Positions 1-10,036 of a stretch of 64,000 bases of DNA are shown piece after piece; the first letter of the stretch is position 1, and the number at the start of each line of letters is the position of its first letter. Below the pieces are notes generated by a model that searched no databases, had not been told where the DNA came from, and saw only the letters and a list, made by a program, of their open reading frames with translations. This stretch comes from Candidatus Spongiisociaceae bacterium (GTDB lineage Bacteria > Actinomycetota > Acidimicrobiia > Spongiisociales > Spongiisociaceae), in the NCBI GenBank assembly GCA_965262915.1, contig OZ253564.1, positions 2,624,001 to 2,688,000 of the forward strand. The letters run 5' to 3'. The translations under genes were made by a program, and so were the position numbers.

Positions 1-76
1 GTACCACCTCCTCCTCGTAGGCCGGATCGTCGGCCTCCACCAGCCACCATTCGGTCAGTTCGTTCCAGTCGCCCAT
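1..76 (-). CDS. 5' end of a gene running off the window, possibly a class I SAM-dependent methyltransferase
   Basis: ATG at 76 gives MGDWNELTEWWLVEADDPAYEEEVV, open to the window edge; resembles N-termini of actinobacterial methyltransferases (from memory only). Confidence 0.4.
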   Translation of the reverse strand, partial: MGDWNELTEWWLVEADDPAYEEEVV

Positions 77-124
77 CGGTCGATCAGGAGCGGGTCGCCA
101 CACCCGCTCCTGGGGGCCCCAGGA

Positions 125-673
125 TCATGCTCCGGTCACCCAACTCTCCACCATCCGGTGCTGCGCCCCCGTCTGGGGCGTTGGCTTGTAGCCGCCCTTG
201 CGATCGCCCCGACGGCGAAGCGTGCGGAGCAGATCGATCACCTCATCCGGCGAGGCGTAGCCGTGTCTCCGGAGCCAGCAGCCCACCACCGTACCGGTCC
301 GCCCGCTTCCGCCCCAGCAATGCACGTAGACGTTGCACCCATGAGCGAGGTGGCGGTCGATCACGTCGAGGGTGGTAACCATCTCGGTCTCGGTCGTCAC
401 TCCGTTGTCCTCTATCTGGCGGCGTACCACGACCGCGTGACGATCGGTCGCGCGGATGTCGTAGCGGTCCATGTGTGCGTCGGTTCCGCCCGGATAGTCC
501 TGGGTCAGGTTGACGAACACGTTGATGTCGGCGTCCAGCAACTGGCCCGCCTTGTCGTTCCACGGAGCAGGGTTGGGATAGGCGCCCGCCGCCAAGCGTT
601 CGGGAATCACCCAGTAGGACCGATCGGTCGGGCCGCTCTCCGCGCTGCGCGCCAACGCGAGGTCCATGAACAT
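125..673 (-). CDS. protein-tyrosine/dual-specificity phosphatase family protein
   Basis: HCWGGSGRTG (CX5R) P-loop; C-terminal PQT..Q motif. Confidence 0.85.
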   Translation of the reverse strand: MFMDLALARSAESGPTDRSYWVIPERLAAGAYPNPAPWNDKAGQLLDADINVFVNLTQDYPGGTDAHMDRYDIRATDRHAVVVRRQIEDNGVTTETEMVTTLDVIDRHLAHGCNVYVHCWGGSGRTGTVVGCWLRRHGYASPDEVIDLLRTLRRRGDRKGGYKPTPQTGAQHRMVESWVTGA

Positions 674-713
674 CGTCCTCTGCCTCCATTCCGGCTGCCG
701 GTACGTTGCCAGG

Positions 714-1750
714 CTAGATGAGTAGTTCCAAGGGGTGTGGGTGGATAATCCACCGTTTTGGGGGTGGGGGTGTCCAGAATCCGGGGTGAAAAAACTTCCC
801 CGATCCCGGAGGACCTGGTATGAACCCGGACCTGGACACCCTCGCTACCACAGTATATGTGACGGTTGATGATCTGTTGATCCAGCATCCCGAGTGGGTG
901 CCCCAGCGACCCGCGGTGGGGATCGCTCCCAAGCTGTCCGACGCCGAGTTGGTCACCCTGGCGGTGATCCAGTCGCTGCTCAGATACACTTCCGAGGCCC
1001 GTTTCTTGCGCTACGCGCACGCCCATCTCAAACCATGGTTCCCGTATCTGCCTACCCGATCCGCCTACAACAGGCGGCTACGCCGCCTCGGCCTCACGAT
1101 GCAACACATCATCGCCTGGCTGGCCCGGGACTGCCCGTCGTGGCATGACGACCTGTGGTTGGTGGACTCCACGCCCGTCGAGTGCGGACGCAGCCGCACA
1201 ACCCAACAACGCTCTGACCTGGGGGGATGGGCCGAATACGGCTACTGCGCCTCCCACTCCCGCTACTTCTGGGGGCTGCGCTTCCACCTGGTGGCCACCC
1301 CATCGGGACTGCCGATAGCCTTCGCGTTGGCGCCGGCCAAAGCGGACGAACGCGACATCGCCACAGAAATGATCGCCCACGCCCGCCTAGCCCGAGCGGG
1401 CCAAACTCTCATGGCGGACAAAGGATACCGAAGCGCCAGCTTCGAGGAAGACCTCAACGAGGCCCACATGACCCTCATCCGCCCCGCCACAAAAACAGAA
1501 GCGCCCAGAAGCGGCCAGCGGTTCCTCCGACCCTTCCGCCACATCATCGAATCGATCTTCCAAACCTTCAAGGGCCAACTCGATCTCGAACGTCACGGCG
1601 GACGCACCAAACCGGGTGTTGTGGCACGTGTCCTCCAACCGATACTCGCCCTCACCACCGTCATCTGGCACAACGAAACCACCTAACGACCAGGCCCAGC
1701 ACGCTCCCTCATCGCATATGACCACTAAAACCTTGGAACTAACCATCTAG
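714..1750 (+). mobile_element. IS982-family insertion sequence
   Basis: Terminal inverted repeats CTAGATGAGTAGTTCCAAGG (714-733) vs revcomp of 1731-1750 CTAGATGGTTAGTTCCAAGG (18/20); CTAG at both ends; encloses a DDE transposase. Confidence 0.9.
820..1686 (+). CDS. IS982-family DDE transposase, slightly truncated by a premature TAA
   Basis: DLDTLAT..YV..DDLL start, VDSTP, ADKGY, R..IES motifs; frame continues after TAA as RPGPARSLIAYDH* to 1728. Confidence 0.88.
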   Translation: MNPDLDTLATTVYVTVDDLLIQHPEWVPQRPAVGIAPKLSDAELVTLAVIQSLLRYTSEARFLRYAHAHLKPWFPYLPTRSAYNRRLRRLGLTMQHIIAWLARDCPSWHDDLWLVDSTPVECGRSRTTQQRSDLGGWAEYGYCASHSRYFWGLRFHLVATPSGLPIAFALAPAKADERDIATEMIAHARLARAGQTLMADKGYRSASFEEDLNEAHMTLIRPATKTEAPRSGQRFLRPFRHIIESIFQTFKGQLDLERHGGRTKPGVVARVLQPILALTTVIWHNETT

Positions 1751-4563
1751 AGGACATCGCGGAGGAACTTGCCGGTGTAGGACTGCGGAACCTGCGCCAC
1801 CTGTTCGGGTGTTCCGATCGCGACTATGCGGCCTCCCTCGTCACCGCCTTCGGGTCCCATGTCGATGATCCAGTCGGCCGAGCGCACCACGTCGAGGTTG
1901 TGCTCGATGATGACCACGGTGTTGCCGCCGTCGACCAGGCGATGGAGGACCTCCAAGAGCTTGCGGGTGTCCTCGAAGTGGAGGCCGGTGGTGGGTTCGT
2001 CGAGGATGTACAGCGTGTTGCCCGTGGATCGTTTTCCCAGTTCGGATGAGAGTTTGACCCGCTGCGCCTCGCCGCCGGAGAGGGTGGGGGCCGGCTGGCC
2101 GAGGCGGATGTACCCGAGTCCCACGTCGTAGATGGTCTGGAGGATGCGGGCAATGGGCGGCTGCGCCTCGAAGAAGACCAAGGCCTCCGCAACGGACATG
2201 TCGAGTATGTCGGCGATCGATCGTCCCTTCCATCGCACCTCGAGCGTATCCCGGTTGTAGCGACGACCTTCGCATACTTCGCAGGGGACGTAGACATCGG
2301 GAAGGAAGTGCATCTCGATCTTGATGTTCCCGTCGCCCTTGCAGGCTTCGCAGCGGCCGCCGCGGACATTGAAGGAGAAGCGCCCCGGTAGGTAACCGCG
2401 GGCTCTGGACTCCGGAGTGGAGGCGAACAGCTTCCTGATCCGGTCGAACAGCTTCGTGTATGTGGCGGCATTCGACCGGGGAGTCCGACCGATCGGCGAC
2501 TGGTCGATATTGATCACCTTGTCCAGGTGCTCGGCGCCTTCGATACGGCGGTGATGCCCCGGGACCGCCCGCGAGCGGTACAGCCTGTGGTGGAGGGCCT
2601 TCGACAGGATCTCCTGCACCAGGGACGACTTGCCGCTCCCCGACACCCCGGTGACCGCGATGAACATGCCCAGCGGGAACTCGACATCGATCTGGCAGAG
2701 GTTGTTCGCGGCTGCGCCCACCACGGTCATTATGCGGCCGTCTCCCGGCCGGCGCCGGTCCGGTGTAGGGATCCTGCGGCGGCCGGCCAGGTAGTCGCCG
2801 GTGAAGGAGGTGGGTTCGGCGATGATCTCGGCAACACCTCCTTCCGCCACCACATGACCGCCTTGCTCGCCCGCCCCCGGTCCGAGATCCACGATGTAGT
2901 CCGCGGTACGGATGGTCTCCTCGTCGTGCTCGACCACGATCAGGGTGTTACCCAGATCCCGGAGGCGGAGCAGGGTCTCGAGGAGGCGGCGGTTGTCCCT
3001 CTGGTGCAGGCCGATCGACGGCTCGTCGAGCACGTACAGCACCCCGACCAGGCCCGAGCCGATCTGGGTGGCCAGACGGATTCGCTGGGCCTCTCCCCCC
3101 GACAGGGTGGCCGCTCCCCTGTACAGGGTCAGGTACTCGAGGCCCACATCGAGGAGGAACTGCAGCCGGGCCCGGATCTCCTTGAGCACCGGCGCCGCGA
3201 TCGTGGCATCCCGCCGGCCCATCTCAAGGGTGTCCAGGCTGTCGAGCGTGCCCCGGATGGAACGGCTGCACAACTCGAAGATGTTGAACTCCCCGACGGT
3301 CACCGACAGCGATACCGGATTCAGCCGCGCTCCCCCGCAGGTCGGGCACGGGATCTCCCGCATGTACTCCTCGTAGTAGCGCCGGGCCGATTCCGACTCG
3401 GTCTGGTCGTGGCGACGGCGCAGGACCCGGATCACCCCCTCGTAGGTCGCTTGGTACTGCCGCCTCCTGCCGAAACGGTTGGTGAACGACACCTGGATGG
3501 ACAGGTCCCCGGTCCCGTACAGCACCGCCCGGCGATGGTCCTCGGCCAGAGTGAAGAACGGTGCGTTCACATCGAAGCCGAGCTCGTTCGCCAGCCCTGC
3601 CAACAGGTGGTGGAAGTAACGGTTCCGGTTGCTCGACCAGGGGGCGACCGCGCCGGCGGCTATCGAGAGCTCGTCGTCGGGGATCACCAGCAGCGGATCG
3701 ACCTCGAACGTGGTGCCGATTCCCGAGCACGCCTTGCACGCTCCGTAGGGGCTGTTGAACGAGAAGGAGCGCGGCTCCAGCTCATCGAACGAGAGGCCGC
3801 ATTCGTTGCATGCCAGGTGCTGGCTGAAGGTCAGCTCGGGACCATCGATGATGTCCACCACCGCGATACCGCCGGTGAGGCCCAGTGCGGTCTCGAGCGA
3901 CTCGGTGAGCCGGCGGATGCCACCCCTACCGGCGACCAAGCGATCGACCACCACCTCGATGGTGTGGGTGTAGTAACGGTCGAGACGTATGCGGTCTGCC
4001 AGGTACATGATCTCGCCGTCCACCCTGGCCCGGCTGAAACCCTGGCGCGAGAGGTCCCGGAACAGTTCCTCGTACTCGCCCTTGCGTCCCCGGATCAGGG
4101 GAGCCAGCACCTGGAACCGGGTCCCCTCCTCCAACTCGGCGATCTGGTCGACGATCTGCTGGGGTGTCTGGCGCGCCACCATCCGCCCGCATTCGGGGCA
4201 GTGGGGCCGGCCGATGCGGGCGTAGAGCAGGCGCAGGTAGTCGTGGATCTCGGTGATGGTGCCGACTGTGGAGCGGGGGTTGCGGCTGGCCGTCTTCTGA
4301 TCGATGGAGATGGCGGGCGACAGCCCTTCGATGAAGTCCACATCGGGCTTGTGCATCTGGCCGAGAAACTGGCGGGCGTAGGCCGACAGGCTCTCCACGT
4401 ACCGGCGTTGCCCCTCCGCGTATATGGTGTCGAATGCGAGGCTGGACTTCCCGGAGCCGGACAGTCCGGTGAACACGATCAACCGGTCACGCGGGAGCTC
4501 GATGGAAATGTCCGCCAGGTTGTGCTCGCGCGCTCCGCGAACGGCCAGCTTGTCTCTCGTCAT
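1747..4563 (-). CDS. uvrA: excinuclease ABC subunit A
   Basis: Two ABC ATPase modules ([26 protein letters not shown] x2), CxxC zinc fingers; start at [16 protein letters not shown]. Confidence 0.98.
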   Translation of the reverse strand: MTRDKLAVRGAREHNLADISIELPRDRLIVFTGLSGSGKSSLAFDTIYAEGQRRYVESLSAYARQFLGQMHKPDVDFIEGLSPAISIDQKTASRNPRSTVGTITEIHDYLRLLYARIGRPHCPECGRMVARQTPQQIVDQIAELEEGTRFQVLAPLIRGRKGEYEELFRDLSRQGFSRARVDGEIMYLADRIRLDRYYTHTIEVVVDRLVAGRGGIRRLTESLETALGLTGGIAVVDIIDGPELTFSQHLACNECGLSFDELEPRSFSFNSPYGACKACSGIGTTFEVDPLLVIPDDELSIAAGAVAPWSSNRNRYFHHLLAGLANELGFDVNAPFFTLAEDHRRAVLYGTGDLSIQVSFTNRFGRRRQYQATYEGVIRVLRRRHDQTESESARRYYEEYMREIPCPTCGGARLNPVSLSVTVGEFNIFELCSRSIRGTLDSLDTLEMGRRDATIAAPVLKEIRARLQFLLDVGLEYLTLYRGAATLSGGEAQRIRLATQIGSGLVGVLYVLDEPSIGLHQRDNRRLLETLLRLRDLGNTLIVVEHDEETIRTADYIVDLGPGAGEQGGHVVAEGGVAEIIAEPTSFTGDYLAGRRRIPTPDRRRPGDGRIMTVVGAAANNLCQIDVEFPLGMFIAVTGVSGSGKSSLVQEILSKALHHRLYRSRAVPGHHRRIEGAEHLDKVINIDQSPIGRTPRSNAATYTKLFDRIRKLFASTPESRARGYLPGRFSFNVRGGRCEACKGDGNIKIEMHFLPDVYVPCEVCEGRRYNRDTLEVRWKGRSIADILDMSVAEALVFFEAQPPIARILQTIYDVGLGYIRLGQPAPTLSGGEAQRVKLSSELGKRSTGNTLYILDEPTTGLHFEDTRKLLEVLHRLVDGGNTVVIIEHNLDVVRSADWIIDMGPEGGDEGGRIVAIGTPEQVAQVPQSYTGKFLRDVL

Positions 4564-4703
4564 AGTGCCCGGGTGTGTTGCTGTACGGGGAAGCAGGGGT
4601 GGTGGCACCATGGTAGTGGCGGTCGGCAGTTGCCAGTAGCCCGGTCACCCCGAGTCCCGACTTGCGGAAGCCGGATACGGGCTACCTGTACCATCGCCTG
4701 CTC

Positions 4704-7700
4704 ATGAGTCGGTTACCCGAGTACGTGGTCTTCGACCTGGAGACGAACGCCGACCGACCTGATCGGGCCGAGCACGAGATCATCCAGATCGGCGCCGTAG
4801 CCGCAGTCGGGAACGGCGAGGTGGATACGTTCGAGGCTCTGGTCCGGCCCCGGCGACCGCTGCCCGCCCGGATCACCGAGCTGACCGGGCTGGTGTACGG
4901 CGATCTGGCGGGCGCGCCGCCTCTCGGGCGCGTCCTGGGCGAGTTCTTCGAATGGCTCGGCGACCGGCCCCTGATCGCCCACAACGGGTTCGGCTACGAC
5001 TTCGTGGTTCTCGACGCTGCCGCGGCCGCGGAGGGGATCGTCGTGCCGGCCGGGGACCGGCTCGACACCTTGGAGTTGGCTCACCTCGTTCACCCCCGGG
5101 CCGGGTCCGGTATCCGCAGCGTGGACGGTGCCTCTCCTCCACCCGGACGCAGCCTCGACCACCTGGCGGCGGCCTACGATCTGGCCGGCCGGGACCGCCA
5201 CGACGCTCTGGTCGATTCCCGGATGACCCGGGCTGTCATGCTGGGCCTGCTCGAGGAACTGGATCGGGATTCGCCGGTGCGCCGCTTGCAGCGGTGGATC
5301 CTCGGCGTGTCCGCTCATCCGTGGGCGGGATTCGTGCAGCCGCAGTCCCGACCGCCGCCGCTCGCCGACGTGGTCCCCTCGGTTCCCGTTCCCGGACCGA
5401 TCGTCCCGACCGGCCGGTTCGACGCGGCTGCGATCGTGAGGGCATTCCGGTCGGGTGGTCGGTTGATGACCGGTGGCCGGACGCCCCGCGCCCAGCAGGC
5501 CGAGATGGCGATATCGGTGTGCAGAGCCTTCACCACCCGCGGTGGGCGTCGGATGATCGAAGCTCCCACCGGGACCGGCAAGACGCTGGCCTACCTGGTT
5601 CCCGCCATCGAGATGGCTCGGGCTTCGGGCCGCACCGCGGTGGTCACCCCACACTCGCGGGTACTGCAGGACCAGATCCTGACCACTCTGGAGCAACTCG
5701 AAACCGAGATCGGGCCCTTCACGAAGGTGGTGCTCAAGGGCAGGCAGAACTACATCAGCCTCAAGTCTCTCGATGCGGAACTCACCGGGATGGAGGAGGA
5801 ATCGGATCGCAGCCCGGTCCGCCATCCCACCGCCATGGCTCTGGCCATCCTGTGCGGATGGGTGGCCGAGACGCCCAGCGGCGACTGGGCGGACCTGCGA
5901 ACGAGGGCGCTGGAGGATCACCTGACTCCTCTGAGGTTCCTGCGGTGGAGGTTGCGAGTCGATACCCGGCCCGGGCCGGTGCGGGACCGCCTCGATGCGC
6001 TCGACTTCTACCGCCGCGCCTCGGGAACTCTGAGGACCGCCCACGTGGCCGTGCTGAACCATGCCCTCCTCGCCACGGGTCCGGAACTGGGGGAGGGATC
6101 CTTCAACCTGATCGTGGACGAGGCCCACGGGTTGGAGGACTCGGTCACCTCTGCGGCGACCCTCCAGGTGGAGGGAGAGCACCTAGAGAGGATATGCGAC
6201 GCTCTATGGGACCCGGAGACACGACGGGGTTTGGCGACGAGGCTGGCGGTTGCCATCGGGGTGGGTCTCCGGGACCGCAGGATCGATCGGATCCGCCGCG
6301 CCGGCGTCGAGGCCCGAGCGGCAATCAGGCGTTTCTCGGCGCCCCTGACGGAGTACGTGCGCGACCGGACCGGCGTGAGGCGGGAGGAAGCGGCGCGCTA
6401 CGGCTCCTCCTACCGGATCCGCCGGGGGGTCGACACCTACCACCCCTCGTACCGGACCGTTCTCGAAGCAGGCCGAGCCATGAGGCGCGCCCTCCGCGAG
6501 GTGACCGAGGCCCTTGACGCCATCAGCGTGCCGGAGCAACTCCACGGCCGGTACCGCCGCGACGCTCTGGAGGATGAATTGGCCCGGTTCGGCCGGGAGA
6601 TCTCCGACGCGGCCCTGCTGGTCCACTCCGTGCTCTCAGCCGCGGCCGACATGCGTCTCTTCGACGACGACCTGAGCGATCACCACTTGATCGACTGGAT
6701 CAACATCGCCGAGGTCTCCTTCGAAACGTTCGGGAGGGGACGCGACGGATTCGAGGCCGTTGGCGGGACCGCCGCGGAGGCCGGCCGCAGCGGGCAGGGA
6801 GAGTGGCGCTGGGCGCTACGGCGGGCTCCGCTGTCGGTGGCGGGCCTGCTGTCCGAACTGTGGGAAAGGAGCCACTCGGTGCTGCTCACCTCGGCCACGC
6901 TTCGGGCCGGTGACGACTTCGGTTACCTGGTCGGCCGCCTGGGACTCGGCTCGGTCGAGTCGAAGGTGATCGACACGCCGTTCGGGAATCTGCCCGAGAA
7001 CCATCTCCTCCTGCTGACCGACTACCTGCCCGCGCCACGGGGGCAGCTCATGGATCGGTTCACCGAGACCGAGGCCACCGAGATACCCAGGCTGTGCGTG
7101 GCGAGCGACGGCGGGGCACTTGTGCTCATGACGGCCCGGGCCCGGCTGGACTACGTGCGGGATCACGCCCGTGCCCATCTGGGGCCTCTCGAACTGGAGC
7201 TCATGGCCCAGGGAGACGGACCGTCGCCGGCTCTCGTGGAGCGGATGCGAAACGATCGGGACTCCTGCCTGCTCGGACTGCGGTCGTTCTGGGAGGGGAT
7301 CGATATCCCCGGCGACGCCCTGAGGTTGCTGGTGGTGGAGAAGGTTCCGTTCGATTCGATCGGCGATCCGGTGGTGGGTGCTCGCAGCGATCTGATCGAG
7401 ATGAGGGGACGGGACCCGTTTGCCGACTACATGGTCCCGCGGGCTGCCATCGCCTTCGCCCAAGGGGTGGGACGCCTGATCCGCACTGCCGACGACAAAG
7501 GCGTCACCGTCGTGCTGGACAGCCGCCTGCGCCGCCCCATCCCCTACCGCGACGTGCTGCTGCGCGGCCTGACCGGACCCCCATCCAAGCGGGAGATCGA
7601 CACTCCCGAGGCTGCCTACGACGCCATCACGGATCACCTGGGTCTCGACCTCGACCGGGTCCGGTGGGAGAGGATCCGCCGGATACCCGGGATCGAGACG

Positions 7701-9842
7701 TTGTCGCAGGCGGCCCTCGAGGTCGGTGACGATGGTTCCCCCGACCGCCCGGCCATCGCCCGGCGCTTGGAGAGGGCCCGGGAGTGGCTCGGTTTCGAGG
7801 AGTGGAGGCCGGGCCAGCACGAGGTGATGACCCGGTTCATGCGGGGCGAGGACGTGGTGGCGGTGCTGCCCACCGGGTTCGGCAAGTCGGTCACGTACCA
7901 GGTTCCGGCGCTGGTATCCCCCGGCGTGACGATGGTGGTGTCGCCGCTCATCGCCCTCATGCGGGATCAGGTCGACAACCTGCGGGCCCGAGGGGTCACC
8001 GAAGCGGCGGCCATCTACTCCGGAGTAGGCCAGGCGGAGCAGCAGGCGATCCTTGCCGGCGCGGCCGCCGGCCACATCAAGCTGTTGTACGTCAGCCCGG
8101 AGCGACTGTGGTCACCGGTGTTCCGCACCTGGTTGAAGGAGGTCGACGTGGCGCGGGTGGCGGTGGACGAGGCCCACTGCATCTCCCTGTGGGGCCACTC
8201 GTTCCGGCCGGAGTACGCCATGATCCCCCGTGCGGTTGCCGAGGTGACCGGCGCGAGGCTTCCCACCCTGGCGGTGACGGCCACCGCCACGAGCGAGGTT
8301 CTCGAGGACATCGCCGCCCTGCTCGACCTGCGGCCGTCGGGCCGACCGCTGGTCGGATCGGTCAACCGGCCCGAGATCCGCTACTACCTGGAGCGCTGCC
8401 GGAACCGCAAGGACCGTGATCTGCGCGTCATCCAGGTGGTGGAGGCCTTCCGCCGGCGGAGCGCCATCGTCTACGTGCCGACCCGCAGGGACACGACCCG
8501 CCTCTCCGGCCTGTTGCGCACCTTCGGCAACCGGGTGCGGCCCTACAACGGCGCTATGTGCTACACCGAGCGCCAGCACACCGAGGATGCGTTCCGCCAC
8601 GGCGAGATCGATGTGGTGGTGGCCACCAAGGCCTTCGGTCTGGGTATCGACAAACCGGACATCGCCCTGATCGTGCATCTGGAGATGCCCGCCTCCATCG
8701 AGGAGTACGTCCAGGAGACGGGACGGGTGGCCCGCGGTGCCCGCGACGGTACCGGACCGGACATCGGAACCGCCGTGCTGCTGGTGACTCCCAACGACTG
8801 CGGCATCCACGAGTTCTTCGCGCGCTCGGCGGTTCCCGAACTCGAGGACATCGAGCGAGAGTTGGCTCCGCTGGCGGTGGGGATGAACTACATCGACCCT
8901 GCCCGGCTCAGCCGCCGTCCCGGTACGGAGGACGCGGAGCCCGACCAGCTCCGGGTCCTGGCGCTGCACTATCTGGACCGGGTGGGGGTCCTGCGCCGGC
9001 ACCGAGACTTCGTGCTGCGGGGCCGCGTCGCGCCGGTGGAGGACACCGGGCGGCGCCTCGCGGATCTGCGGACCCGCGATCCCGAGTCGGCTCGGAAAGC
9101 CGACGATGTCCTACGCATCGTGGAAAGAGAGGGAGGCGAGTACCGCGGTCTCGACTGGAGTTCACGTCTCGGTATGTCGCCCGGCGAGATCGAGGCTGTC
9201 CTGTTCGACATGCAGAAACGTGACATCTGCTGGTTCAGTAGCTGGAAGTACGGGTGGGTCTTCGAGAGGATCGAGGGGGTCCGGCCCGACCGGCGCCATC
9301 TCGACCGCTTGATCCGGCGTCGCCGACGGTCGGTCGAGGACCGCGCCCGCCGGGCGCGGCGCCTGGCTCATGGGCGTCCCGACTGCCGTCGCCGGGAGAT
9401 GCTGCGGTACCTGGGCGAGTCCGATCCCTTCGAACGCGGCTACTCCTGCGGGGGTTGTGACGCCTGCACCCCGGAACTTCCCCGTCCCTGGGCGGGGACC
9501 GGGATCGGTGTCGAGCAGATGCGGGAGGCCGTCCACGAAGGAGCCGACGCCATCATCCTGGTGTTGATCGACGATGTCGAAGGTGGCCGGTGGTCGAGGC
9601 GCAACCTGGTGCGGACGCTGCGTGGGGAGGGCGGCGGTCTCCATCCCCTGCCCGAGCGCCTCCGGTTGCACAGCTGTTTCGACCGGCTGGGGCTGCTCGA
9701 CCCCGAAGAGGTGGAAGGGATGATCGACGGGATGATCAGGGACGGCTACCTCGAGGAGGTCCGGCCCGGGGGCCGGACCTACAAGACGCTCCGGCTCACC
9801 GATGACGGTCGTAGCCTCCTCCGGGGCCGCTACTCCCGGTAG
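4704..9842 (+). CDS. fusion protein: DEDDh 3'-5' exonuclease + DinG-family helicase + RecQ-family helicase with Zn-binding and RQC-like domain
   Basis: Exonuclease: FDLET, AHNGFGYD, HDALVD. DinG: EAPTGTGKT, KGRQNY, NHALL, DEAH, TSATL, FWEGID, QGVGRLIR. RecQ: LPTGFGKS, SPLIALMRDQV, DEAHCIS.WGHSFRPEY, QETGR, CRR..CGGCDAC. Confidence 0.9.
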   Translation: MSRLPEYVVFDLETNADRPDRAEHEIIQIGAVAAVGNGEVDTFEALVRPRRPLPARITELTGLVYGDLAGAPPLGRVLGEFFEWLGDRPLIAHNGFGYDFVVLDAAAAAEGIVVPAGDRLDTLELAHLVHPRAGSGIRSVDGASPPPGRSLDHLAAAYDLAGRDRHDALVDSRMTRAVMLGLLEELDRDSPVRRLQRWILGVSAHPWAGFVQPQSRPPPLADVVPSVPVPGPIVPTGRFDAAAIVRAFRSGGRLMTGGRTPRAQQAEMAISVCRAFTTRGGRRMIEAPTGTGKTLAYLVPAIEMARASGRTAVVTPHSRVLQDQILTTLEQLETEIGPFTKVVLKGRQNYISLKSLDAELTGMEEESDRSPVRHPTAMALAILCGWVAETPSGDWADLRTRALEDHLTPLRFLRWRLRVDTRPGPVRDRLDALDFYRRASGTLRTAHVAVLNHALLATGPELGEGSFNLIVDEAHGLEDSVTSAATLQVEGEHLERICDALWDPETRRGLATRLAVAIGVGLRDRRIDRIRRAGVEARAAIRRFSAPLTEYVRDRTGVRREEAARYGSSYRIRRGVDTYHPSYRTVLEAGRAMRRALREVTEALDAISVPEQLHGRYRRDALEDELARFGREISDAALLVHSVLSAAADMRLFDDDLSDHHLIDWINIAEVSFETFGRGRDGFEAVGGTAAEAGRSGQGEWRWALRRAPLSVAGLLSELWERSHSVLLTSATLRAGDDFGYLVGRLGLGSVESKVIDTPFGNLPENHLLLLTDYLPAPRGQLMDRFTETEATEIPRLCVASDGGALVLMTARARLDYVRDHARAHLGPLELELMAQGDGPSPALVERMRNDRDSCLLGLRSFWEGIDIPGDALRLLVVEKVPFDSIGDPVVGARSDLIEMRGRDPFADYMVPRAAIAFAQGVGRLIRTADDKGVTVVLDSRLRRPIPYRDVLLRGLTGPPSKREIDTPEAAYDAITDHLGLDLDRVRWERIRRIPGIETLSQAALEVGDDGSPDRPAIARRLERAREWLGFEEWRPGQHEVMTRFMRGEDVVAVLPTGFGKSVTYQVPALVSPGVTMVVSPLIALMRDQVDNLRARGVTEAAAIYSGVGQAEQQAILAGAAAGHIKLLYVSPERLWSPVFRTWLKEVDVARVAVDEAHCISLWGHSFRPEYAMIPRAVAEVTGARLPTLAVTATATSEVLEDIAALLDLRPSGRPLVGSVNRPEIRYYLERCRNRKDRDLRVIQVVEAFRRRSAIVYVPTRRDTTRLSGLLRTFGNRVRPYNGAMCYTERQHTEDAFRHGEIDVVVATKAFGLGIDKPDIALIVHLEMPASIEEYVQETGRVARGARDGTGPDIGTAVLLVTPNDCGIHEFFARSAVPELEDIERELAPLAVGMNYIDPARLSRRPGTEDAEPDQLRVLALHYLDRVGVLRRHRDFVLRGRVAPVEDTGRRLADLRTRDPESARKADDVLRIVEREGGEYRGLDWSSRLGMSPGEIEAVLFDMQKRDICWFSSWKYGWVFERIEGVRPDRRHLDRLIRRRRRSVEDRARRARRLAHGRPDCRRREMLRYLGESDPFERGYSCGGCDACTPELPRPWAGTGIGVEQMREAVHEGADAIILVLIDDVEGGRWSRRNLVRTLRGEGGGLHPLPERLRLHSCFDRLGLLDPEEVEGMIDGMIRDGYLEEVRPGGRTYKTLRLTDDGRSLLRGRYSR

Positions 9843-9855
9843 GAGCCGCCGCCTG

Positions 9856-10023
9856 TAGTGGTCTGTCTGCAAAACAACTTGCCGTGCTCTGGCAGCCATC
9901 GACGCCCCTCGCTGTGTTCCGCCTCCTCGATGTACCGCTGCGGGTACGCCTTCGTCGGCGGGCCTTGGGAGGAACGCCGCTGCCGGCGCATACCACCCCG
10001 CCGTCTCACGGACAGACCAGTAG
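9856..10023. mobile_element. MITE-like repeat, family A, copy 1 (168 bp)
   Basis: Terminal inverted repeats TAGTGGTCTGTCTG...CGGACAGACCAGTA; near-identical copy at 24995-25162; internal hairpin GTACC-GCTGCG-GGTAC. Confidence 0.85.
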
Positions 10024-10036
10024 TATTCGCAGGTCG

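Noticed and set aside
4564-4703. LexA box in the uvrA/helicase divergent promoter
   Set aside because: No GAAC-N4-GTTC match found here or upstream of uvrB
2527-4707. 726-aa plus-strand ORF and similar long ORFs (17028-20225, 32117-33676, 34564-36759, 35514-37055, 52273-53979)
   Set aside because: Antisense or alternative-frame shadows of real high-GC genes; no recognisable motifs
4704-7650. DinG module as a type IV CRISPR CasDinG
   Set aside because: No csf/cas genes or array nearby, and it is fused to exonuclease and RecQ domains
9884-10036. N-terminal extension of the UvrD-like ORF, and likewise lepA 24916-25266
   Set aside because: The frames merely run through the MITE; homology begins at the ATGs at 10037 and 25267
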